A DNA stretch of 64,000 bases from Selaginella moellendorffii (taxonomy: Eukaryota; Plantae; Lycopodiophyta): positions 22,801-86,800 of the forward strand of contig NW_003314382.1 of the NCBI RefSeq assembly GCF_000143415.4. Reading direction: 5' to 3'. Within the stretch, counting starts at the first letter, position 1; every line of letters starts with the position of its first letter. Both the position numbers and the translations under genes were made by a program. Below are positions 11,421 to 21,340 of the stretch, piece after piece. Below the pieces are notes generated by a model that made no database searches, was not told the DNA's origin, and was given only the letters and a program-made list of their open reading frames with translations.

Positions 11421-11939
11421 GAGAATATATGTTCAATGAGTAATTTATCACCACCTTCATGTTCTCGAGTGTTTTTGGAGCATTCTAAGAGTCCACACAA
11501 ATCAAATTATTTATAGGAGAACATAAAATGATGTAAATCTTTCTTTTTGGCTATTTTCTTGTGCTCTTGTAGTGTAAATAAAGTGGATAGAAGAGAATCT
11601 AGACCCCATGTTATTTGTTTTGTGGTGGGAATAAGTGTGATACTATGTTAGAAGCCAATTGCTTATTTACTCTTATGGGAAAGAATAATTTGATTGCGTC
11701 TAGGGAGAAGAATAGCAACCATGTTTCTTAAGAACAACAAGACTAATACTAATGATACCATTCATTCCAGACAAACATCCAAATACACTTTGGGTTTTGT
11801 ACTTTCTTTGGATATTTATTTGGAATGAATGGTATCATTAGTATTATATACATCCACATTGAACCATCTTTCTTCTTCACAAGTAAAATTGGAGCACCAA
11901 ATGAAGATTTATTTGGCTGAATAAATTCAAACTCAAGTA

Positions 11940-12640
11940 ACTTCTTGACTTATCATTGAACTTTTTACTCCTCTGCATAACTTAAGTAAAATGGATGTTG
12001 GTAATTGATTGCATTCCCAGCTCCAACGTAATCCCATGCTCCACACCTCGTAATGGAGGTGACATAAAGAAGTTCAGATAGAAGAATATTGAAAAACTCA
12101 TTGAGTACATCCCATACTGTTCCTTTTCCCCCATACGTGCCTTGGTCCCCTAAGTTATGCAAATAGCAAATAACTTGAAAATAAACCCATTTAAAAAATG
12201 TAGCAAAGTCTATAACAACTTAAGGTTGAACTCTTCCAAACTACATATCTTTAACACCATTGTATTTTAGTGAGACATATTTAATATTCCACTTTATTTC
12301 TAAATCCACCTCCACCAATTATGGCATCTCAAGAATAAAATCCATACAATGGATATTTGTGAGATAAAAAGTCTCTAGAAGAGTGGTTTTGTCAACCAAC
12401 ATTTCTAGCCCCTCTACACAAGCATTGAAATGTTGAGCAAAAGTAATTGCACCTTCCACTGTGTATGGGTGGTACCATGCCATGCTCCTCAATAAACTTT
12501 GCCAAAACAAAGTTATCATCACTCCCACTATCTAATAAAATCCATATTAGACCACCATAGAATATACCCTTTAGCATTAGAGCTGATTCACAAGTGTTCT
12601 TGCTCCATCTTATTCCACATATAGTTGAGTTGACGAGCAA
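11940..12640 (-). mobile_element. Degenerate Ty3/gypsy-like gag-protease remnant
   Basis: Retropepsin-like motif WILLDSGSDDNFV in ORF 12392-12640; many stop codons nearby. Confidence 0.55.
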
Positions 12641-12929
12641 TGATCAAAAGCCTCTTCCTCTAACCGAAATAATCATCCCCATTACAAAATTTGCAACTTT
12701 TTAATATTTAACTTACCGTCAGTAGAAGATTAGCCATTCTTTTTGCCTTGTTGTTTATTCTTCAATTGTGAAATATTAATTTTGTAGTGTCCAAGCTCAC
12801 TGCAATGATGACAACCTTATTTATAATTCTTCACAAAAAACTTTTGCTTCTTTGACCCCTTTGCATCTAAAGTAGATACAATTGCTCTAGGCACCAATAG
12901 ATGATCCATATAATAAAGCATTCTTATTG

Positions 12930-14300
12930 ACATCTCTCGGGACTACAACCATCACAACCATGCTTCACACCTTGATTGGAGATTCCAATTGAGACAAAGT
13001 TAGATTCAAAATCTCCAGCTGTCATTCTTACTCAACCTTGCACAATTAAGCTTTTGGAGGACACAGACATGCTCTTGGAGCTGCAACCATGGGCCATCAG
13101 ATGGATTCTTGAGTCCCACACATGAATGAGAATTGCCAGCCATCACATCATCGGAGACATGGCTTGCAATCTTTCAGCATCTTTTAGAGCCTCTATCCAC
13201 CAACCTATTTGTAATATTGTGCTTACCTTTCATTTCCTCCAAGGCACATATACTTCATCGTGTGACCTTGTGAGTGCAACAAGTAACATAGAAGCAACAT
13301 CTCTGACAGTCATTTCTACTCATACTCTGGCTGACAACTCTCTAGCACCTCTTGCAAACTGTCCACCAGTACATAGCAACTAGACAGTATTCATGGACAA
13401 CAAAAGCTTGTGATTTCTCTATATGGGAAAGGTGGAGGTTGCAATGGCTTTGTTCTAGCAGCAGCTCAATTTGGTCCACAAGTTTCCTCCACCCAAGGAC
13501 ACCATATGAGCTCTTTACAACCACAGGACATTATCCAGTTCATGACTTCCAACACTCGTCACAACATTCTTAGCAGACAGCACCATTTCACTCGATCCCC
13601 TAAAGTAATCCAACACTCCTGAAATTTAAAGAAGTTTCAAGTTTGTAAGTATGTATTTTGACCTACTTGCAACACCAGCCATAGCAACATGTATGTAAAG
13701 AAACGTCAACAGCCCCCATTGACATTGAAATTATATCAACACCATCATCAATCGCACTATCAATCCCAACCACAATATCAGCGGTATTGCAGTTCCCAGC
13801 AAACTTTGTCAGTGCACTTCCAGAAGCAAATTCCCAACCAAAAAGTTGGCCTTTCCAAAAGTCCGTGAGTTCCACGCTATCTCTAGCAGAGAGAAAAAAT
13901 AATCTGAAGTAACATTTATGAATATACGATGCAGTGTGATGTGTTGAAACTCTTGTCGGAACATCCAATACCCATCGTCCCTAAACCTTTCGGATTCAGG
14001 CCAGATGCCATCATCTATTACTCCGATGATTTGGTCTTCCCATAGTGTGGGAGAAAATGAACCAAACAGTGAATCCGAAATCTCAGATTAATCTCTCTCT
14101 TTTATGAAATCCCAGATTCTTGTTGCAGCAATTTTGCTTGACTGCCAGGCTGAACCGATACAGCTCCTGGGAGTTCTAACTAAAGATAAATAATTAGAAT
14201 CTAGAATCAAAGAAATTCTTACTCAGCTGGCACAGCCGTCCTACGAGAAGAAAATCCATTGTAGTGTTCGTAACTGTAAATGATGGATGGGCAGGCCTAG
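12930..14300 (-). pseudogene. Subtilisin-like serine protease (S8) pseudogene, copy 1
   Basis: Recognisable pieces: IIYSYEHYNGFS (I9 prodomain), EDQIIGVIDDGIWPES, SARDS, DIVVGIDSAIDDGVDIISMSMG and FSFMCGT; all fragmented by stops and deletions. Confidence 0.8.
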
Positions 14301-14415
14301 GAATAATCAGCAAACATTAGGAGAAAGTTTCATATCTGGAACCTTTTAAGGCCTGTGCGCTTTATAAGAACTCGATTAAGAAGTCTTAACGACATTGATA
14401 AAACATGGGCTACTC

Positions 14416-16521
14416 TCAAGTGCCTTGAATGTTTGCGAGCAAAACATAACCTGCTGTGTTGCTTGAGTTGGAGCTAAGAATGCATCCAGCTGCGTGCATT
14501 CCAAGCTTGATATCATTGTGGCTTCGGCAGGCCCCGAGCAAACACATCCAATCTACAACATCGGCCTTAAACGGCATGTTGAGGATCAAATTTTTGGCTT
14601 CCACCAAGTAACCAGTCCTCGCCAATAGCGCAACCATGCAGCAGTAATGCTGCTTGATGCAATCCATTCCGTGATCCAGAGAAATTGAGAGAAAGCAGGC
14701 TCTTCCACTGGAGAGCTTTCCCTCATGGCTGGAAGCAACCAAGTACGAAACGAAACATGTCTCATCCGGAGGGCTTACGAGCTGCATTGAGTCGAAAGCC
14801 TCAAACACTCTCATAGACTGGCCATTGTGGCAGTAAGCTGCTAGCATCGTGCTCCAAGACACGCCACCGTGGTGAGGCATTGTCTCAAACACACGGCTAG
14901 ACTTGAAGATTTGGCCATTCTGGGCGTATGCTCCAAGCATCGAGTTCCAGGTTGCCAAGTCTCTTTCCGGCATTTCCATGAACATCTTGATGGAGCTTTC
15001 AAGGTTTTGAGCTTGGTTGTACGCTGCCAGCATGATGTTGCATGAGATGAGAGTGAACTGTGGCATCTGATCAAACAAAGCTTTGGCCTCCTCTAGGTGT
15101 CCATGCAAAGCGTAGGCATTTAGCATGCATGAAAGGGAGATCACGTCTTGTTGAGGCATCTGGTCAAATGTAAACTTCGCTCCTTCCAAATCGCCCTTTT
15201 GAGCGTATGCTTCCAGCATCGACGTAGATGTCACCATGTTTATCTGCGGCATCTCATCAAACATTTGCTTGGCCTTGTCAAAATTCCCGGCTTGCACATA
15301 CATTGCAAGGAGACAGTTCCAAGTCACCAAGTCTCTTTGCGGCATTTTATCGAAAAATGCTTTAGCTTCTCCTGAATTACCACTCTCGGCAAGTGCCACC
15401 AACATTGAGCTCCAGGTGACAAGATCTCTTGCAGGCATTTCGTGAAACATATGTCTTGCTGTTTCTATATGCCCGTTTTGGGCATAAGCCAATAGCATAG
15501 TATTCCAGGAAACCATATCCCTCTGGGGCATATCCTCAAAAACAGTTTCGGCCTTTTCTATTTCTCGATTTTGCGCAAAGGCAGCGAGCATACACGTCCA
15601 TGATACTAGATCTCTTTCGGGCATTTTGCCAAACAAGTTCCTAGCTCTCTCAAGGAGGCCGTTTTGGGTATATGCAGCGAGCATAGAAGCCCAGGCAACT
15701 ACGTTCCTCACAGGCATACGACTAAATATTCTAAAAGCGTCTTCTACGTGACCACTGTTACCGTAAGTTACCAGCATTGTTGTCCAAGCCACGAGATCTC
15801 TCTCTGGCATTGAGAAAAACATATGCTCGGCGTGCTCCAAGTGCCCATTCTGGGCGTATGCTACTAACATTGACGTCCAAGTTATCAAGTTTCTTAACGG
15901 CGCGTTGTCGAAAGAAGATCTTGCTTGTTGGATATCGCCGTTTTGTGCAAACGCGGATATGATAGTGTTCCATGACACGAGATCCCTCTGAGGCATCGAT
16001 CCAAACATGTGCTTTGCTGCCTCAAGATGACCTTCTTTGGCATATGCTGCAAGCATGGTAGTCCAGGAGATCAAATCTCTTTGCGGCATCTCGTCAAAGA
16101 TATGCTTGGCGTCGCGGAGGTATCCATTCTTGGCGTACACGTTGAGGATCAAAAACCAGGAAAAGGCGTTTGGAGCGACCATGGAATCGAAAGTTCTTTG
16201 CGCATCCCAGACGCTGCCAAACCTGCCGTAAAGATCGATCATCTTGTTGTTGAGAAACACGTCGTTGGGACGAATCCCGGCATGGATCTCTCGAGCAAAA
16301 GAGAGGGTCCGGCATGTCTGGATGAGCTCCAAGCAATCCACCTTCAAAGATTTGACTTTCGGAGCTTGCGGCGCTTCCGAGATAGCACTGAGCTCCTTGT
16401 CACGGTATACTCCTGATGTCTGGGAACCCCAGGTCAGCGGTTGCGTTCGAGCCGTACAAGGAGGTCGGACAAAGTCCTCAACGAAGTCCACGCAATCAAA
16501 CAGTCCATGAGCTTTGACCAT
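14416..16521 (-). CDS. PLS-class PPR protein, E-type, no DYW
   Basis: 701-aa intronless ORF with 15 consecutive 31-aa motifs, P2-L2-S2 (HYCCMVALLARTG), E1 (WMCLLGACRSHND) and a truncated E2 (YVLLANI). The start codon is uncertain. Confidence 0.9.
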   Translation of the reverse strand: MVKAHGLFDCVDFVEDFVRPPCTARTQPLTWGSQTSGVYRDKELSAISEAPQAPKVKSLKVDCLELIQTCRTLSFAREIHAGIRPNDVFLNNKMIDLYGRFGSVWDAQRTFDSMVAPNAFSWFLILNVYAKNGYLRDAKHIFDEMPQRDLISWTTMLAAYAKEGHLEAAKHMFGSMPQRDLVSWNTIISAFAQNGDIQQARSSFDNAPLRNLITWTSMLVAYAQNGHLEHAEHMFFSMPERDLVAWTTMLVTYGNSGHVEDAFRIFSRMPVRNVVAWASMLAAYTQNGLLERARNLFGKMPERDLVSWTCMLAAFAQNREIEKAETVFEDMPQRDMVSWNTMLLAYAQNGHIETARHMFHEMPARDLVTWSSMLVALAESGNSGEAKAFFDKMPQRDLVTWNCLLAMYVQAGNFDKAKQMFDEMPQINMVTSTSMLEAYAQKGDLEGAKFTFDQMPQQDVISLSCMLNAYALHGHLEEAKALFDQMPQFTLISCNIMLAAYNQAQNLESSIKMFMEMPERDLATWNSMLGAYAQNGQIFKSSRVFETMPHHGGVSWSTMLAAYCHNGQSMRVFEAFDSMQLVSPPDETCFVSYLVASSHEGKLSSGRACFLSISLDHGMDCIKQHYCCMVALLARTGYLVEAKNLILNMPFKADVVDWMCLLGACRSHNDIKLGMHAAGCILSSNSSNTAGYVLLANIQGT

Positions 16522-17465
16522 GATCCCAAAGTGTTGAAGTCAAGCCGCACGACATCACCTGCGTGAGCGTGCTCACTGCTTGCAAACACGAAGGTGTGGT
16601 TAACTCCTCAAGGAGCATTGAGCCAACGAGCTCCAGCGTAGTTTTCGTTCTGGGCGAGTGCCTGGATGATCGAATTCCATCCCGATTAAACATCCAGGGC
16701 CTCCTCAAGCTTGGACAATTCGGGCATGGAACTTTGTCGTGGACAGGCATTTTCTCAAAAGTAACAATGACGAACATGCCATGCACAGATATAAGGCAAT
16801 TCCATGAAAGCATGCTCTCACCTTGCCTCGTCTAGATGCTCTGACACGGCATCTGCCGCGAGCATAGTAGTCCACAACACAATATTTTTCTAGAGCTTCT
16901 TGTCGTATCATATTTGTACCTGGTCCACCAGGCTTTGTGGCTGCACCCTTTGGAGTTTTTCTTAGAGAAACTCTCTTGCCATATCTAGATGCCCATATGT
17001 GGCATATGCTGTCATGAGCGCCTCTTAATGTTTTAATCGATGTGTATGGGAAGTGCAGAAGGATTTACGAGACCAGAGTGGTTTTTGGAATGCTTCTATT
17101 ATTTCCGAGCTCGCACAATCACCGCAGCAAGCCTCACGAAGCCAGGAACATCACACATGAGACAAGTGAGATCGATTATGAACGAAAATTCGTTTTTTCA
17201 TCTCACATAATCCTTCACCTGGACGAGTTCCACGTCGAAGATCTCGAACTGCTTGGAGCTGAAGAACGTCGAGGGGCCGACCGGAGGAGGAACGACAATT
17301 CTTTGCTTCCAAGGAACCAATCCACCATCGCCCAATCGCGTCTTGGATGGTCGATCCTTCTTCCGAACTCAAGAGACATCGCTTGGGCAATCGCCGCTGC
17401 GCTGTTCCAGATCGAGGTAAAACAAGATCCGGTGCTCGTGGTTACATACTTCACGACCTCCGGAA
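16495..17465 (-). pseudogene. Decayed duplicate of the PPR + FKBP20-2 pair (source ~2895-4740)
   Basis: Collinear DNA matches with many deletions, e.g. 16608-16677 to 3044-3122 and 17142-17281 to 4250-4430 (ccttcacctggacgag...cacgtcgaagatctcgaactgcttggagct). Confidence 0.9.
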
Positions 17466-17789
17466 GAGAAGAATTTTCCTGGTGGGATTGATCGATCGAT
17501 ATCTCCCTCTTCCTCTCCTCTTTTGACAATCCAGCATCCAGCAAGAATAATCGATTCTTCGTCGATTCAAGGTCAAGCTGGAAAACGATGAGGGAGATTG
17601 TTTGGTAGCGGAAGAATTGATTAGTTTGTGTGTTCTTTTGGTGAAGTGTTTCCACGTGTCATCACAATCCATATATGTGGGTAAGGAATGCCATGTCACT
17701 TTGCGTTTTATTATAAAAACTTCGATTAAAGTAAATTGAGATCGTCTCAGAATCTAAAACGCATGAAAGAAAATGGTTACCTACTTCAA

Positions 17790-18060
17790 AAGGTTCCAGT
17801 ATGCCTAATTTTTGTGGAACCAAATAGGGAATTTGTCTATTCAATCCCACAAAATCCCAGCTTCTTGTTGTCAGCAATTTTGCCTTTCTGCTGGGTTGAA
17901 CCGATACAGCTCTGGGGAGTTCTAAAGTCCCAAAGATAGAATCTAGAACAGCTAGAAAAATTCTTACTTGACATCGCCTCAGCTTGGCCAGCTGTCATCT
18001 GAGCAGAAAATCCATTGTAGTGTTTGTAACTGTAGACGATTGATTGTTTGGACCAACTCA
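17790..18060 (-). pseudogene. Subtilase copy 2, inverted N-terminal (I9) fragment
   Basis: SIVYSYKHYNGFSAQMTAGQAEAMS and TTRSWDFVGL; the DNA is paralogous to 14105-14285. Confidence 0.8.
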
Positions 18061-18069
18061 GCTGAATAA

Positions 18070-18450
18070 TAGATGGCCTGAATCTGAAAGTTTTAGGGAT
18101 GGGGATTGAAGCTTTCAGCACCTCACATTGTAACAAGTATGTATAATATATAAAAAATAAAGCAATGTTAATTTACAGGAATTTTATTGGAGCAAAGTAT
18201 TTTTACCAGGGATTGCACACCACTACGAGAGGCTATGGTTTTCTCTCTGCTAGAGATAGCAGAGATCATGGAACTCACACTGTTTCAATTGCTGTGGGGA
18301 CCTTTGTTAGAAATGCCAACTTTTTGGGACTTGGGAATGGCACAGCTTCTGGAGGTGAACTAAATATCATTGATATTGTGGCTAGATTTGATAGTGACAA
18401 TGGTGTTGATATTATTTCAATATCCTTGGTGGCTGATGATTTTTTTTACA
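18070..18450 (+). pseudogene. Subtilase copy 2, catalytic His region
   Basis: WPESESFRD at 18074, then FIGAKYF, SARDSRDHGTHTVSIAVG and NGVDIISISL. Confidence 0.85.
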
Positions 18451-18645
18451 TACATGAAGTCACTTCGTGCTCTTATCCTTTTGCTCTTTCGGCTGTACAC
18501 TCAAGAGTCATTCCATGCTTTAGTTCCTTCACTCTTTGGTTTTATGTTTAGGAGTTTGGCTCTGTTCCTTCATTCAGTGGCTCAAGGCCCTGAAACTTGG
18601 GTTTCACTCTGTTATCCCTCAACACATTGCATATAACACATGGCA

Positions 18646-19351
18646 TGTGACATATGGCACATGGAGGGTTTAGGTGACAGTATATCTATATATCCCTTAA
18701 GGTTCTAAAACTTTATAGTGATAGTATATCTAAATCACATCCCATAATTATATATGCTACACTCAGCTCTCTTTTAGATATGGTCAATATCCTCATTGAT
18801 TATTAATTAATAACCCCTATTGAGCTAAGGGGAACAAACACCTCCACCTCATAACCCTTATTGAGATAAGGGGAACCAACACCTCCATTTTTACACCCCC
18901 CTTCAAAGATATCAATGTTTTTATTGACTATTGACTAACAACCTTATTGAGCTAACACCTTTATTTCCATATTGAATTTATCAATTTTTCTATTGTGTGG
19001 ATCAGCTATTCCATGTGAGACATCTAGTCATCCACCCATATTGTAGTCCCATAGTGGATACCTTTGTTTGTGGATGCTCTACATATGATTTCAAATTTAG
19101 GGGTAGGAATATACTTTGCTCGGGTATATTATATTTTAAGTAGCCACTAATCAATAGAAATCGAACCCATGCTATTTTCTTCAATACCACATATAACACC
19201 TTATCTCTCTCCCTTTAAGCTAACTAAAAAAGGGGCAATTGCTTGATAAAAGAGCCCTTAATGACTATTTTATCCTTATTTATCCCCCAAAGTTTCAAAG
19301 ATCTATAGTGACAATATATCCAAATCTCATCATGTGATCACATGTGCTACA
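18646..19351. mobile_element. Possible small LTR/TRIM-like relic
   Basis: The segment TATAGTGA..ATATC.AAATC.CATC...TGCTACA occurs at ~18714-18761 and ~19304-19351; an internal direct repeat CC.TATTGAG.TAAGGGGAAC.AACACCTCCA occurs twice (18815-18888). Confidence 0.3.
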
Positions 19352-19701
19352 ATATGATACTATAGCCAATCTAGATTGCCCACATTATTGCATTATTCTC
19401 AAGGTTTAAACTTATTCCTGCCTTGATTTCATTGTAGCTCAAATATTACCTTTGGATTGATGCTCAAGTACGGGCTTATGCATTAGGTAGCTAAAATTCA
19501 ATCTAAGTTCGGCTAAGGAGGTTGCATGTGTGTGTTTTTATCATGCATAGGATTCACTTAGCCATTGAGGGCTTTGGTTAGCATTGGCACTTGAAACATA
19601 ACCTTTGCAGCTGTGGCATTCTAGTTGATATTAGTTGTACATTGCCTTTGCTCCATCTGTAAGTGCTAGGACTTGTATGCTTTGCATCCTCAAATGGTAG
19701 T

Positions 19702-20028
19702 TATCTAGTTGATCCTGCCAACGATTATATGCTTGTCTCAAAGATTAAGCCATGTATGTGTAAGTATAAATTACTTTGTATTATGAAATTGCAAATGACT
19801 CATCAAATTAGTAATAGATGGTACCTTACTACTTAGATAACTATAGTAATTCTAGAGCTAATACATGTAAAGAGTCCTGACCTCTAGAAGGGATACACTT
19901 ACTAGATTCAAGGTTAATCTGGGCTCATTTGTATTCTTGGTGATTCATGGTAAATTGTTGAATTGCATGGCTTTTATATTGATGATGCTTCAATCAAATT
20001 TTTGCCTTATCAACTTTCAATGGTATAG
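19702..20028 (+). pseudogene. Degenerate 18S rRNA 5' fragment (approximately the first 330 nt), possibly with upstream ETS
   Basis: tatctagttgatcctgcca...atatgcttgtctcaaagattaagccatg...gtaattctagagctaataca...gccttatcaactttcaatggta matches the conserved 18S start, with many C>T/G>A changes. Confidence 0.92.
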
Positions 20029-20419
20029 GGGGTTGGGGGGCTGGGCACCAGATGACCCACTCCTCGATATAGAGGGAGCACTATGGAGCCCGTCTTGAGG
20101 CATGTATCAAAGGAAAAAAAATTCAAAATTTTAAACTATCACACAAGGAGATAGAGCTAAAATTTGGATTATACAACTAAATGAGCAAAAGAACAAAAGC
20201 ATGGATTAACACTAGAATAATCCTAAAGCATCTAAAACCCCAACACTAAACAAAGTTTGGCACTATCTTGACAAACTAGTGGTATAATATAAAAATATAG
20301 GTACTCCACTAATTAACAACATAGTATAGAGTTTGGGGGAGATAATATCTCTAGTGATCAATTATGCCTAACCTACCTAATATTCCTATTCATATCTCCC
20401 CCCGCCCCCCGTCTCACAA

Positions 20420-20526
20420 CCAGAGTAGGTCTCTATCCTATCATTAAAGTTGATAAAGTAGAAATTTGGTTAAAGCATCATTGGTACGAGGGCCAGGTAA
20501 TTTGACAAGTTCCTATGAATTATCAA
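20420..20526 (-). pseudogene. Second 18S rRNA fragment, inverted
   Basis: Reverse complement reads gataattcatagg...gatgctttaaccaaatttctactttatcaactttaatgataggatagagacctac, matching 18S around nt 250-345. Confidence 0.8.
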
Positions 20527-20559
20527 CACTACCAAATCCAAGCAAACTAACCAATTGTA

Positions 20560-21340
20560 CATAGTCATCTAGCTCAATATTATTCAAACCCAAGGACGTA
20601 ATAGCCCCTTTCTTTTGACACTTTACATCTCAAGCCCAACCAAAGATAAATTGGACCTAGTAAATATGTGGTGTGATTTCCTTAGCCAACCAACCAAGTC
20701 GGACTCAAAACCTCTCTAATATCAAATTATAAATTTTTGAATTTAAACTTCTTGGGAGGTCACCCAATTTAGTATTATTCAAACCTAAGGACACTTAACC
20801 CTAAGTATCATAAGACCCTTGGAAAAAAAGGTGCAATAGACCTTTTTTTATATATTTAAACTTTTATAAGTCATCTCTTAAGTCATTCCTTTTAGTTGCT
20901 GACACCCACCTTCCACAAACTAAAAGTGTATAGGTGACATCTATCCAAGTTGTAAGCTCCTAAGTTTGGACTTCTCGGAAGGTCATTTAGCCCAATACTA
21001 TTCAGACCCAAGGATACTTAATCCCAAGTATCTTAAGACCCTTAACCGATTAGAAAAAAAAGTGCATTTTTATTCATAGGCCCTTTCCTTTTATATTTGA
21101 ACCCCATGGATTGTCTTTTAAGTTGTTCCCTTTGGTTGCTTACACAAGTGTGAAGTTCTGTTTTATACTATAGAGTATAAAGTCAAAACCACATGCATTA
21201 TAATGAGTTTTTGGATTTGATACTACTCAAATTCAAAGACAATTAACCCTAAATATTTTAAAACTCTTAATAAATTGGAAAAGAGGTGCACTTTTGTTTA
21301 TGGGCCCTTTCCTTTTATATTTGAACCCTAACGGATTATC
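20560..21340 (-). mobile_element. Cassandra-like (5S-domain-carrying) LTR repeats, two good and two partial copies
   Basis: 20747-20818 and 20968-21041 match the reverse complement of the internal 5S rRNA region (GACTTCCCAGGAGGTCACCCATCCTAGTACTACTCTCGCCCAAGCACGCTTAAC). The copies also share non-5S flanks starting TGT(A/C)AGCAAC on the minus strand (20904, 21144), with a PPT-like GGAAGGTGGG just before one of them. Confidence 0.65.

Noticed and set aside
17042-17491. 149-aa ORF as a new gene
   Set aside because: It is mostly the antisense reading of the decayed PPR-FKBP duplicate.
19702-20028. Functional 18S rRNA gene
   Set aside because: Only ~330 nt, heavily mutated in invariant positions, and no 5.8S/25S follows.
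20747-21041. Functional 5S rRNA gene array
   Set aside because: Only the internal ~70 nt resemble 5S; both ends of the 120-nt gene are missing and the copies are diverged.
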